Shown: piece by piece, positions 51,508 to 64,000 of the stretch
How positions within the stretch are numbered: the stretch's first letter is position 1
How the letters are laid out: each line of letters opens with the position of its first letter
Assembly: GCA_028534125.1 (NCBI GenBank)
Contig: CM052817.1
Coordinates: 76,572,001 to 76,636,000 of the forward strand
Direction of reading: 5' to 3'
DNA from: Lama glama
Taxonomy: Eukaryota
Length of the DNA: 64,000 nt
The notes under the pieces: model-generated
What the model was told of the DNA's origin: nothing
The model's database searches: none
What the model saw: only the letters and a program-made list of their open reading frames with translations
Program-made: the position numbers and the translations under genes

Positions 51508-54500
51508 GTCAGTTCATTTTGATATGTCTCTTAAGCATCCTAGTAGGTAGTTGGTGTTTCAGAGGAATGGTGAGAGCTAGGGCATTAATTTGGGAATCAA
51601 CAGCATAAAGCCAATTATTTAAGCAAAGGCACTGGATGAGATAATCTATGAAGAAGGTACAAATAGCAAAGAGCAGAAGGCTTAGGACCAAGCCATGGGG
51701 CATCCCAACATTTAACATCAAACCTAGGAGTAAGGACAGACAAAGAAGACTGACAGATGGCTAGTGCTGGAGGAGGAAAACAAAACATTCGATGAATTAC
51801 AAGAACCAGAAGAAAAAGGCATCAAGAGGATGAAGTATAGTATATCAACGTTATCCAACAGTACGAAGTGTTCAAGTAAGATGAGAAAAATGAAGCGATC
51901 TCCAGATTTGTCAACACGGGGTAATCGAAGATATTGGCAAGATCAGTTTGAGGAGAGCTGCAGGGATAATCACTTCTTATTGGAATTGGCTTAGAGGAGG
52001 ATGGGAGGCAAGGAAGGGGAGGCATCTTCAAGAAAAGTGGCTCCGAAGTGGAGAAGAGAAATAGGAAAGAGAAAAATCATTGCATTAAACAATAGTCAAA
52101 GAAGGAAATATCAAGAGAGGACTGCTTCTTTATTCTTAAGATGGGCAATATTACAGAATAATTGTATAGTGGTGTTAAGTTTCAAAAAATAATTCAAAAA
52201 TGCAGTGACAGTGCACAGAGAAGACAACTTCAGAAGTGAGGCCAGATTGGTAGAGTCTAGTGGAAAAGTTGAAGCACACATTGGTTTCTGATTTTTAAAT
52301 AGCAATTTTAAATTTTCTGAAACAAGCCTTGAGGGTGCACTTTGTCAGACAAGATTTGATATATTTGAATATCACAAATTTTAACAGATACATATCCTTG
52401 CACTTTTGTATTTTCCGGCATGCCTACTATGTTTTATTAAATTTATCACTATTACCACTAAAATCCCAGCAGAATAAACCAATTAGAAATTAAAAGTGTG
52501 GCATTAGTAACCTCCTGGCCATTAGTACTAGATGTGCTGCTTCAATTTAATCTAAGCAAATTATTTTTCTTACCATCCATTTATCCAAATGAAAGAACAT
52601 AGAACTAAGCATTTCCAGTGGGCCTCTTACTTTAGTGAACATGTCAAGTGGAAATGCACATGTCTCTGTAGAAACCAGGAATACATGTCTCCTGGGCAGT
52701 CTGTGAGCACTCGTCAACTCCAACTGAGTATATATCCATGGGCAGAACTCCAAGCCACCATGAAAGGAGTAGGAAGAATGCTTGCAAAAATGTATGTAAT
52801 TTAATTAAATAAGAAATACTCATAACTACTCCTGATTCTCACCAGAGCTCAACTTTTCCCCTAAGAGTATTTTAGATAGTAGGGATTCACCTTAAAATTT
52901 TACTGATAGTACAGCACAATAATAATTATGAATATTGTGAATATATATCATACTTTCATTTTTGTAAGTTTATTTGTTAAAAGCATTAAACTTTGATTCC
53001 ATAGGCTTATCTGTATCTCCTGGTTATTTGTGTAGCCAGGATATTTACTGAAAGCAAAAACAGTAATTGCTGGATTCCTTTTAAGGCTCAAAAGAAAGTA
53101 GTTTAATTTCAAGGAAATGAAAGCACAAAACCCAGAGGCTTCAAACACAGACATTTTCTGGAGTTGTTTATACTCTCAGTACATCCCAAATTGAGAAGCT
53201 CAAAATATCTATCTCGGTGTAATGTAATCCCTTCAATTTTATATCCCTTCATAAAACAGAGTTAAAATCTTTGTTACAATGTAAGTACCTTGACAAGACA
53301 AATTTATTTCTGTTCAGCTTCTCAAGTCTAAAATCACTAGAAAAAAAAAGGGGGGGGTTTCTAACTTTAATCTTATACTTAGAACTCATGCTGCCAACAT
53401 CTAGGAGTAACTGTAATATCTTCATAAGAAAAGTCACACAGATGTATCTGTAAGAATGCCAGGATCCTAAGTTTCAGTGAATGTTACATAGTCACATCTA
53501 CATCAGATACTTGAAAAAAACTGACAATATTTCTCAGACCACTAGCTATAATACAAAGGAGCTTTTGTTATTTTATTGTGCCTCTTGACCTAACACCTTC
53601 ACCCTTTTCCTCCTTTTGACAAAGCCTGATAATATAAAGGATTTCAAAGTCCAGGTGTTTGGTAGATTCTCGGATACCTTTAGATCTCAGTTTCAATATA
53701 ACGTTTTACTCTTTTACTCTAATTATCACCACTGCTGGCAGTAAACACAACTTATGATTTTGAAAAAGGCTTTATTTAAAACCTACACCAAGAAGGCAAA
53801 AACCTGTTCAAGACATTCATGTGCATAGTACGTGATGACAGCAAAACTTCCCAATGAGTTGTGAAACTTGATAGGACTATTTTAAAATTCTCATTGCACT
53901 ATATTTCAGAGTCTGATTTTCTGAAGTTTATTGTGGGCAGACAGCTCAAAAATATTCTGAATGTAATTTTTCTCATTTCAAAACACATAAGTGACACTCA
54001 ACTCTCTTTATATCCACATTAGAATACTAAATATGGACATGGATATTGACATGTGCATATGAGTATTAACATATATCATATATATTCACAAATCTATAGC
54101 AATCATGTGGCAATATCAGCTTTGAATAATATTATTGCATTTTATTTATATGGTTATCTCCATAGAAACCCATTCAAACTATTGACATAAAAACCACTTA
54201 ATGATCTAACAATCAAAGCCCAGAAAAAGCAACAAATGCTAAGTTGATTATAAATAGATATGAGTTTCAGAAATCATGGGCATATTATGTCTATATCTAA
54301 ATCCCCATAATCTGATAATCATGTTTTAAATTAAATGGGGAAAATATGTAGTCTAATTATTGGTCTCTGTCCAGTTAATTGTAATTTGTTGGCTACTTGC
54401 CTTCCATTTGGTTAGTTCTGAGTTTATTTTTCTCTAATTTCAAACTTCTTATCTTTCTTCAGTGATCCCTTATCTTCATGACCAGCAGTTTCATTTTCAG

Positions 54501-56189
54501 CAAATTATTTCTTTCTACTTTCTTCTAATGCTTCATTAGCATGTCTTCCATCAAGTGTAATAATTTTTACATATAGTTCAGATATTTTTGGATTTATAAT
54601 TGGTAACCCTTTAATAACATCGAGATAAGTTAAAAATCTTACATGTACTGCTTTTTTCATCTATTAGCACCCAACATTATAAATTAACATATGTAGTTTT
54701 CACGTGATCAGTGTTTGCCTCCATGATATTATGCTAAACGGATTCTTTTTAACCTATGCCCAGCTGAAATTTTGACAGATACTTACTATTGGAGACAGAT
54801 CCTCACTATAGAAATAAGAGGTAATAGTCAAATTAAACGTAGCATTTGCTGTGCTGCTGACACAGTTATTCTAAAGAGACAGCAACAATAAGTGATCAGC
54901 AACAATCTACATGAATAGCCACAGTCATTTCTTTCCATATTCAAGTGATTCATTGTATCTGGAGTGGAAGAATTATAAGAAAAACCAAACAAACTTTGGT
55001 CAAGGAGAAAAGGACAACAGAAAGGTATTTGCAAAACCATTGACTTTTGGGGCTTTTCAATACTGAGGATATACAACCCACAAGATAAACAATTTTATTC
55101 ATCTTTTTCTTAGCCATGTAGAATTATAAATGTAACAAAAATCATCCTGATATTTTGATGTGCTATGTAAAATTTCTGAACCCTGCTTAGCCCCGTATTT
55201 GTATGTATCCACTAATTTCAAAAGCATGTGGAGACTCCAGGTAAACAGCCCAGCTCCTGTCTATACTTGAGGTTCAGGTATATATGGCATGGCTGCTAAA
55301 TTATGTGAGTGTGGGGAAGATAGGAGACAGAGGTCCAAAATAAAAGAGACAAATAGCAAATAAGGGCTTTGGGCGTCAAAGGGGAGGTTTCTTGGATAAT
55401 CACTGTCAGCAACAGCACTTAAGGGTCGCCAGGAATGGTGGCTCCAAATAAAATGTCATGCCATTACTTGAATCTGCTCCAACTCATTTACCTTGTTGGC
55501 AAGTGTAAACTCTGTCTGGAGATGAGAGATACGGATTTTAAAAAAATGCTACTAAATTTTTAGTGCTTCTATTATGCTGGTCACATAAGAGTATAAAACT
55601 TGAAATGGACAGTAATTTTCCCAGCTTCAGATGAAAGATGAACTTTGGTGGCATAAATGACAAATTCTATGCTATTTACTAGATAAATAAATAGCCAAAT
55701 GGAGTTTGGTAATTACATGACAGTAACAGCTAAAGAATCTAATTTAGCACAAGGTCTCGAAGCCATCTAGAAATGTATAATCAAGTAGTCAACAGAAATT
55801 AAAAACACTATAATCTCGTGTTTGAGTTTGCAGAGTGAACGGCTCTAGTTCAAGTAACATTTAATGGCGCCTTCAGCAAAGGTTTGACCAGTTCAAAAGA
55901 GGTAGATGTGGTTACACACCTCCCCCAAGTAAGTTTCAAGCAGACAGGTGAGCAAAACTGGCAGTGCTGAGCACAAAGGAACAAAGAGAGAGCTCATCAG
56001 CCATCCAGAGTATAGCAGCAGTCCAGGAGAAAATGGAGTGGAGGAAAAGGTTTACGCTAGGACCCAGGAGAACCAGCATGTTGTGGCCATGAGCATGCGA
56101 GAACCAGCATGAAGCAAAGAGGAAGTGGCAGCCAGAAAAGTGCCACCAAACTTGTGATTATACGTGAGCAGGTCCTCAAGAGTAGGACC

Positions 56190-56476
56190 CCTACAGTGCA
56201 GAGGCCGAGTGCAGATCATGACCAGGTTTTGAACGGCCTATAGCTAAGAGTGGTTTATATTATTAAGGGGTTGTAAAAATGGAGGAGAGGGAGCAGGGGG
56301 AGGAGGAGGTAGAAAAGGGAGCCAGAAGGGAAGGGGGTGGGAAGAGGGTGGGGAAAGGAGAGAGAGAGGAAGAGAGGAGAAGAGGAAGCGGCAGCAGCAA
56401 CTAAGAACATATCTGGCCAGCAAAGCCGAGAATATTTACCATCTGGCCCTTTGTAGACAAAGTTTTTCAATCCTTG
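56190..56476 (+). mobile_element. MER58C-like hAT-Charlie MITE with internal purine-rich expansion
   Basis: ttttgaacggcctatagctaagagtggttt ... gcaaagccgagaatatttaccatctggccctttgtagacaaagttt. Purine tract at 56280-56400. Confidence 0.8.
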
Positions 56477-56719
56477 TTCTAGAGAGAGGACGAAAACTCC
56501 AAAGAATTACTAGGTTTCTGAAGTCGTACTCCAGAAGAGCTGAACTGATCATGAAATTCCTGAAGGAATCACTTATCCTCTGAGTAATGAGTCCTGGATA
56601 TTTATTTATTTATTTTTTAAAAAAGGATAATTGAACCAACAAATAAAAACAAAACATCCACTAAAAAGATATCATAGGGAAACAATTTTGAAAATTAAGG
56701 AAAGAGTTTTTAACCTAAA

Positions 56720-58350
56720 TGTAGGTAAAACTGTATTTCTGATGAAGAATAAAATGTATATATTTAAAGGGTACATTTGATAAGTTGTTGACCTCCTCAC
56801 CACAATCAAGATTATATATACACATATATAAATACATATAATAAGTATATATATAACTACCTAGTATAAAATGAACCAATGATAACGCATAAACACTTCC
56901 TCAAAGTTGATCTATAGGTAGATAAAGAGTCATTTTTAAAAATTTCCTCATGTCCCTTTGTAATCCTTCTTTCTCGTTTTTTCACTTCACCCCATTCGGA
57001 GGCAAACCAATGATTTGCTTTCTATCAATATATTCATTTTTATTTTCCGGAATTTTAAATAAATGGAATCACACAGTATGTATTCTTTGTGTGTATAGCT
57101 TCTTTCACTTGGCATCATTATTTTACTATCCATTCAAGTGGCATATATCAATAGTTCATTTCTTCATATTGCATTGTGTGAATGTACCAAAATTTGTTGA
57201 TACATTCACTTGTTTTGGACTATTACAAATAAAGTTGCTACAGACATTCATGTAGATGTCTTTATGTATGTATGCACTGATTTCTCTTAGGTAATGGCTG
57301 GGTCATATAGTATGTGTTTATTTAATTTTTTTTTAAACTGCCAAAATATTTGCCCAAATGGCTGTAGAATTTTGCATTTTTACCAGCAGTGTATGAGAGT
57401 TAGGGGTTTTATTTTTAAAAATGAATTCTGAACATTTCCTACATTATATCTATGAGTAGCATCTGTATGGGGGAAATACTATGTAATTGTGTGCTTCTGA
57501 GCCTCTTTTTCCAATCCTCATTCAGTGACATTGTGTTGGTAACTTGGATTCAAGCATCATGAGAGTATTTAACAGCATACACTGCAAATAAAGGCTTGAT
57601 TTGTTTTGTTGATCATCAATTTTAAAAAGTGACAGAAATATGTTATAAATTCAGGTTAAACTTAAAATACATCATGTCTGTAGTCTTTGTATTGTGAAAA
57701 GAACAAAAAAATAGCACAGCCATTCTTGTAGTATTCAAAAACCATTATCTAATTCTGCAAAGAACACTGTCCTGACATTGACCATTGAGTGAAATTCTGA
57801 CATATGTCTTCATCATCTTGCTTCACTTTGATCTTATTCCTTAGCATAAACAAAAATATCAACCAACATTCTTGTCAGAATTATCTTCATTGGTCAATTT
57901 TAAGAATACGTTGGCAAAAGTCCACAAAGGAATTCTATGAAATGGAATGGCTATATGGAATTTATAACCAAGAGTATTGTAGTTTATCATTATTTGTAAA
58001 TTATGGGCTACACATCTTATCAGTAATATTTATAATAACCAACATTTGGTATGGTCACTCGTTAATTTAGGCACTCAAATAAGTGTGTAGTAATATCTCA
58101 TTTTTTAATTTGCATTTCTTTAATGATTAGTGATACTGAGCATCTTATATTTTCATTGATACCTGTTTATCTTCTTTGATGAAATGTGTATATACACTAT
58201 TCATCTATTTTTGTATTGGGCTGTTTATTTTCTTATTATTTAACTTTGAAAGTCCTTGATATATTCTGGATAAAAATTTACTTTTTTTTAGATATGCAGT
58301 TTACAAATATTTTCTCCCAGTTTTTAGCTTGTATTTTCATTATTTTAAAT
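56720..58350 (-). mobile_element. L1M (MB/MC-type) 3' region, interrupted at ~57402-58038
   Basis: aataaatggaatcacacagtatgta, ttacaaataaagttgcta and ccagcagtgtatgagagtt, resuming as ccaacatttggtatggtca..ttgcatttctttaatgattagtgat. Confidence 0.85.
57430..58038 (+). mobile_element. MER63-like (hAT-Blackjack) internal fragment
   Basis: atctgtatgggggaaatactatgtaattgtgtgct..ttcagtgacattgtgttggtaacttg and ttatttgtaaattatgggctacacatc match recalled MER63C/D. Confidence 0.7.
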
Positions 58351-60109
58351 TAGAATCCTATTTTAAAACGAGCTTTTTTGGGAATAACTGTCAGCACGGG
58401 AATATTTGAAAATTGGAAATAAAAATTTTTTTAGGTATCTATCTATCTATATCCATCCAATGTCCAAATTATCCTGTAATCTGCTGGAATTAATTATTGG
58501 ATCCCTTGATGGGGCTATGACTTTATCATATTACTTACTATCTTCCTAGAGTACCATTTTTTATGAATGCCTGAACTCTTTAATAGTCTCCTCCTCTGAG
58601 ACATTCTTTAGAATGTGACATTATTAAAGAGTTACAGCTGATCCCAAGTTGTAGTCTTTGGGGACAGAAAGAGTTACTGGATCAAGAAAAAGTGCAAAAC
58701 AGTAATAGGTTGTGGCAGGAAAATCTATATCAATGTGCCAACAAGTTCTCCACTGGGGAACTGGTGTCAAGATGACCTCCAAATTCATTCAGCATCATTT
58801 ATACATGCTGATGGCTAGCAGCATGGATGTTGTCAAGTTTCCACAGATTAATTCTACTTCCTGCTGAAACTATTTATTCAAATCTGTTTTTAAGGTAGTT
58901 GAGAAGGAAAACAGTTGCCTTCCCAAAGCCTCTATGGGTACGAGAATGACATCACTCATGCTTAGTTTCCTAAATATGACATCACTGCCTTTCCAAAGTC
59001 ATGCTATTTTCTAACTATTCCTCTAGAGGAAGATGGTTGGCAGAGAGTTGGGGATTGTTTCATATAAAACAATGGCTTAAATATTGGTTCAGAAACAACT
59101 GAAAATAATTATTCTAAGTTCAAGAATACTAAAAGAGAAGGAAAATAGCCTTGCTGTGCCAGGATTTCACACACACACACATACTTACAAAAAGGTCTTT
59201 ATAATATTGCATAACTCATAAGAAAGAAGTATCTTGCAACAATTACAGTTTCATAAATTATGAATTTTTTCCCAGAACCTCCTTTGTATAATTATTTGAA
59301 TTGCCTTAAACTACTAAAACTATTAAGGTTTCACCATCATTCAATTTCTGGTTAATTTCTACCCTGTGGCACAGAATGATTAAAGTAAAAAGAAAAATAG
59401 CCAGTTTGTAATACAGGGCTTTGCTGAATGTTAATCCACACAGTAAAGAATCATGAGATCTAATTATCTAAAAATGCAATTGAGATTTACCACAACCTCC
59501 ATTACCTCTACAACTTCTGAAGTATCTGTATTTTACCAACTATGGAAAATATTTTAAATATTACAAGTTTGTCTGCTTTTAATTATCAGAAAAAAATATA
59601 GATGAACTACTCATAATGATTATATTCATGCTTTATTTTCTTCATGTATTACTATCCAGTTGCTAAAAATAATTATTTTTACCATTAACTTTCCCAGATA
59701 TATCACAGATTCATAGATACTTAAGCTAGACTAGGCCCTGCAATTATGCTGACAAATGTGATCATTCCAATTACTGTAACATATTATAATTATCTAACCC
59801 TTTCTTTCTGTTTCCCAATACATATAAATACCAAATATAAAATTGCTCTAAATTTATTCAAAAGCAAGAGCTATACATCTTCAGTGCTTTTTCTGGAAAT
59901 ACATAAGTGACTTATTGCTCATTTTACTCTATAGATTTACACCTAGCATGGCAAATTACACAATAAACTGTTTGAAAGTATCAATCTTATTCTTCATTAA
60001 ATAATCAATTTTTTTTCTTTTTTTTACTTCTATGGCACGCAGCATCATGCCTTTCAAAATTGGCTTCAAATTATCTTTTCTTACAGACTTTGTCTCATGC
60101 ACAAAAGAA

Positions 60110-60710
60110 ATAATTCCATGTAGCAAATACTCATTTAATATCTACTTTGTACCCAATATTATGCTTAGCCCTGAAAATACCAGAATGAAAGAGGCAGTCC
60201 TTCGAGTCACTGAATTTACAAACTAGGAGAGGGATGACAATCACCAGGCAATTATAGTAGTCTATCATAAACACCAAAAGGACAAGTTCCAAATCCATGG
60301 AAGAAACTGACTGATGCTGTTTAAGGAAATCGTTCTCACAGAACTGAAGTCTAAGTTAGAACTAAAGAACACTGACAGTGTCCCAGAAGAGAAAACAGCA
60401 TACAAGAGGCACAGAATTGGAAGAGGTACACTTGATACACTAAAATTATAGCTGAAGTATAGGGGCCAAGGGCAGGCGAAAAGACAAAACTTCTGTGTCA
60501 TATTAGGGCATCTGTACTTTACCTGAAATCAGTGAAACGTTAAGTTTTAAGCAAGAGAGGGACACAATCAATTTTTTATCTGAGAAACATCATTGGCTGT
60601 AGTACAGAAAGTAAATTGGAAAAGATGAAAGAAATCTAAGTTAATTAGGGGATTGTAGAAAAAAATGGGTGTTATGAACTAAAGCAACAGCAACAAGAAT
60701 GGGGAAAAGC
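60110..60710 (-). mobile_element. L2 fragment (continues at ~62300-62740)
   Basis: gcaaatactcatttaatatctactttgtacc, gttttaagcaagagagggacacaatc, ggttatgaactaaagca. Confidence 0.7.
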
Positions 60711-60724
60711 TCAATACTCGTGGT

Positions 60725-62300
60725 ATTGAAAAGATCCATCTTTTTAACAAATGGTGCTGGGACAACTGGAAACCCACATACAACGGATGGCGCACCTATC
60801 TCATACCACATACAAAATTTAACTCACAGCAGATCAAAGTTCTAAATATAAGAGCTAAAACTACAGAGTTCCTTGAAGAAAACACAGGTATAAACATTAG
60901 TGACCTTAGATTAGGCAACAGTTTCTTAGATATTACATCAAAAACACAAGCAACAAAAGAAAAAAGAAAGAGATATAAACTGCACACCATTAAAATTTAA
61001 AACTTCTGTGTTTCAAAGGACACCATTAAGGGGAAAAAAAAAAAAGACCACCCACAGAAAGGGAGAAAAATTTTGCAGATCATATATCTGACAAGTTACT
61101 ATAGGGGTTTAGAGGATTTGAGGGGCTGATCAAGAAAAAAGATATGACCATACAAACTTTATTGGGCTCTGCTGGCTAAAGTGCGGGTGTCACTTGGTGT
61201 CTTTATAACCCTGGGTTTATATCATCTATTGTTAGCAAATGTGGGGTGAGATCTCGCAGAGTGTGCAAAGCAAGCAGACTCTAAGTGGCTAAAAATGGGC
61301 TGTTTGGGCTATTTAAAAAGTACTTGATATGTAAAAATTGGAGTTACCACCAGTGAGCTTTTGAGCTAACAAGTCTCAACCTGCAGTGAAGAAATAAACA
61401 ATGTAGAGGCAAAGACAGAGGCCTTCTTTGGTTGATACACATAACTGGTACTTGCATTTAGACTATATCAAGAACTATCATAACTCAAAAATAAAAGACA
61501 AACCAATTTAAAAATGGGCAAAGTATCTGAACAGAATTTTCCCAAATATACAAATGGCAAATAAGCACGTGAAAAAATATTCTCCGAATCATTAACCTTC
61601 AAGCTAATGCAAATCAAAACCAAAGTGAGATACCACTTCACACTCGTGAGGATGACTATAACCTAAAAGACAAGTAACAAAAAACCCTCAGAAGGCGGGA
61701 AGAAACTGGAACACTCATGCATTGCGGGTGGGAATGCAAAATGCTGCAGCTGCTCTGAAAAACCATGTGGCAGTTCTTCAAATGGTTAGACATATGAGTC
61801 TACAAGTCCACCCCTAGGTATCCACCTGAGAGAACTGAACGCACATGTCCCCCAACAACTTGCACATGAATGACCTTCACAGTGTTATAATTGCCAAAAA
61901 GTGGAAATAACCCAAATGTTCATGAATAAATAAGTGACTAAAATGTGGTATATTTATACACTGATAATTATTCTACCATAAAGAGGATTGAAGTACTGAT
62001 ACATGATACAACAAGGATGAATATCATGCGAAGTGATTCTACTTATATGAAAAATCCAGAATAGATAAATCTATAGAGAATAAAAGTGGATTCGTGGTTG
62101 ACTAGGGCTGTGAAAAATGACAAGATTAATGAGTGACAGCACAGTGGCATGGAGTTTCTTTATGGAATAAAAATGTTCTAAGTTGATTGTGGGGGTGGGT
62201 ACACAACTCTGCCACTATGTTCAGTCATTGAATTGTACACTCTAAGTGAGTTATTTGCATGGAATGTGAATGTTATCCCAATAAATCTTTTTAAATTAAA
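60725..62300 (+). mobile_element. L1M (MB/MC-type) ORF2 end and 3'UTR, interrupted by an LTR
   Basis: acaaatggtgctgggacaactgga, aaacttctgtgtttcaaaggacaccattaag, 3'UTR aaatgttctaagttgattgtgg, aataaa at ~62280. Confidence 0.92.
61095..61446 (-). mobile_element. ERVL-class solo LTR (MER54/MER73/LTR53-like) nested in L1
   Basis: L1 breaks at catatatctgacaag and resumes at tacttgcatttagactata. The insert's reverse complement has caaagaaggcctctg, ttgtttatttcttcactgcagg, ttagctcaaaagc and an aataaa near its end. Confidence 0.75.
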
Positions 62301-63559
62301 AGGTTATTGTCTGAAAGATCCTGTGCTTCTTAATATGATAGGTAAATAAAACATGGTTAAAGATAAATTACACTAGAGTCTCATAGCAGCTCGTAATGTC
62401 ATTCACTGAAGTAAAGAATACAGCAGGAGGAAAGGGATTTGGAAAATAAAATAAAGTGGATAGGTAAAATCTAAAACAACCTTGAGGCATCAAAACAGAG
62501 ATGACCAATAAGCAGTTGCATATATAGGCCCCTAGAAGGGGAGAGAAATCTTGAGTGGAGATAGATACTACAGAATCGTCATCATACAGAAGTTAATTTT
62601 AGTTACCGTGTCATATGTAAACCTTTAATGGTATGTATATGAAAAAGGTTAAGTGGCCAGCAAAAGAAGCCCAAGGAACCACAGTAGGATGCCCAGGGAT
62701 GGAGGATGGTATCTCTGCTAAGGCAAAGGTTTAAGTAAAGCAATAAGAACAGTAAGTTCTATACATGGACCCTCTTTTGCTTATGATGCTAGGAAATACA
62801 TATTCCTAGGTAAGAAAAGGAGCCATTCACTTGGTTAAACAGTCTAGACCTGAAAGAATACTTTTCATCTCAATTCTCTGAAAATTCTACAAATCATTTG
62901 CCCAAAAGATCTAAAGTAAATTAATTGTAGCTAATACGTTTTAAGATGATAAAGGGTTTTCCTCAAGTGCAGTTCTTTTAAAGTACTTAACTGAATTTTA
63001 ATTAGTACCAACTCCATCAGAGATGAGGAAGCCAGCCGAACACAAACTTAATGCTCAGCCCTTCAAGACTGTCATGCACTTTCTGTACAGCTTCTAAGTT
63101 ACTTCACATTTGATTAAATTTGACTGAATTTCAAAAAGAACATGCACTTCTATCCAAAGGAGAAAAATTCATTGCCAAAATTTCCAAAATAGTTTTTAAT
63201 TGTGTTAATTGAATGTTAAATGTATTTTAACATATGAGAACTTTTAATTGATGGGATGAAATGTCCAATAGTTTAAGGTTAGATGGATAATACAAAAATA
63301 ATCATTAAAAAGCAAAACATATTGCTCTGTGTTCAAATAGTCAGACCACCAGCTATTATGAAGCAATTTCCATTCATTTAACCAAAAAAGATATAGTCAT
63401 ATGTGTATGGGGAGCATATGAATTGTATCAGTATTTGCAGCCCTTTATTACAGTATGAATACTGTGTTTAATGTGCCTCTTCATTGAAAATGGACAGTTC
63501 TATTGTTTTCTTCTATATGTGAGGATCTTAATTCACTGCTCTTGAAAGGACTGAAGTCA

Positions 63560-64000
63560 TGAAAATACTACTGTGCATCAGCCTGGTCAGTTTCCCTACT
63601 GATCTGTGAACAGGCAAGACTTCCTCCCACATCAGGACTCTTACACTTGTGAATCCCTCTTCCCGAGACTCTCTTTGCAAGTATACGAAAAGCCCACTTC
63701 CTTCCATCCTCCATGTATTTACTCAAATATCACCTTCTCTCATTGAGGCTTTCTCTAAACACACTAAATTTTAACACTGCCTCTGACACTCTCTGCTCTC
63801 TTTCCTGCTATTTTTTTCTTCTTAATCCATCACTTTGAAGTGCTGTGGATTTGGCTTTTTTGCATGTTCATTGTTTGTTTTTCCCCAGTGGAATGCAGGC
63901 GACACGAGGGCAGGGATCTTTCTGGCTATTTTGGTCAGAACTGTATCCCCAGTGCCAAGAGGAGTGCTTGTCACATGGATGGGAAACAGTGAACACATAA
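63560..64000 (+). mobile_element. L2 3' end
   Basis: actcaaatatcaccttctc..gaggctttctc, tggaatgcag..gagggcagggatc..ctgtatccccagtgccaaga. Confidence 0.9.

Larger units (their letters stand above)
49545..52150 (-). mobile_element. L2 host element, interrupted by an LTR, an L1 and a SINE
   Basis: ctactatgtgccagg..gtccctgccttcacagagcttacattcta, resuming after 51225 (aatttgggaatcaacagcata, aggcactggatgagat, ggaccaagccatggggcatcccaacattta). Confidence 0.85.

Noticed and set aside
54781..54825. 19-nt minus-strand micro-exon (ttatttctatag|TGAGGATCTGTCTCCAATA|gtaagt)
   Set aside because: Not frame-preserving, weak exonic donor context, and expected by chance in 64 kb.
1..64000. CRISPR arrays, operons, rRNA, NUMT or non-retroviral endogenous viral genes
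   Set aside because: No regularly spaced repeats, long ORFs or recognisable rRNA, mitochondrial or viral sequence seen; the content is typical mammalian repeat-rich DNA. A tBLASTx search would be needed to exclude highly decayed viral fragments.

Overview
Eutherian mammalian genomic DNA: AT-rich, CpG-poor, intronic or intergenic. It is most likely from a camelid, because the only young SINE is a tRNA-Ala-derived Vic-1-like element with target-site duplications (TSDs), and I saw no Alu, B1/B2, CAN, PRE or Bov elements. Roughly half the window is interspersed repeat: degraded LINE-1 copies (mostly + strand), L2 and MIR relics, MaLR/ERVL/ERV1 solo LTRs and hAT/TcMar DNA-transposon fossils, several of them nested with readable TSDs. 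No protein-coding gene is recognisable. The listed ORFs are L1 ORF2 fragments, antisense repeat ORFs or chance ORFs. The best leads are: (i) a 1.9-kb, TSD-bounded, heavily internally deleted L1 that keeps its 5'UTR; (ii) a PBX-HOX/MEIS/SOX-TCF/GATA motif cluster; (iii) a CTCF-like site with an upstream module; (iv) a few splice-signal-bounded candidate exons; (v) several orphan inserts inside old repeats. Repeat subfamily names come from my recollection of consensus sequences, not from a search. Boundaries without TSDs are approximate. I found no convincing novel multi-gene system.
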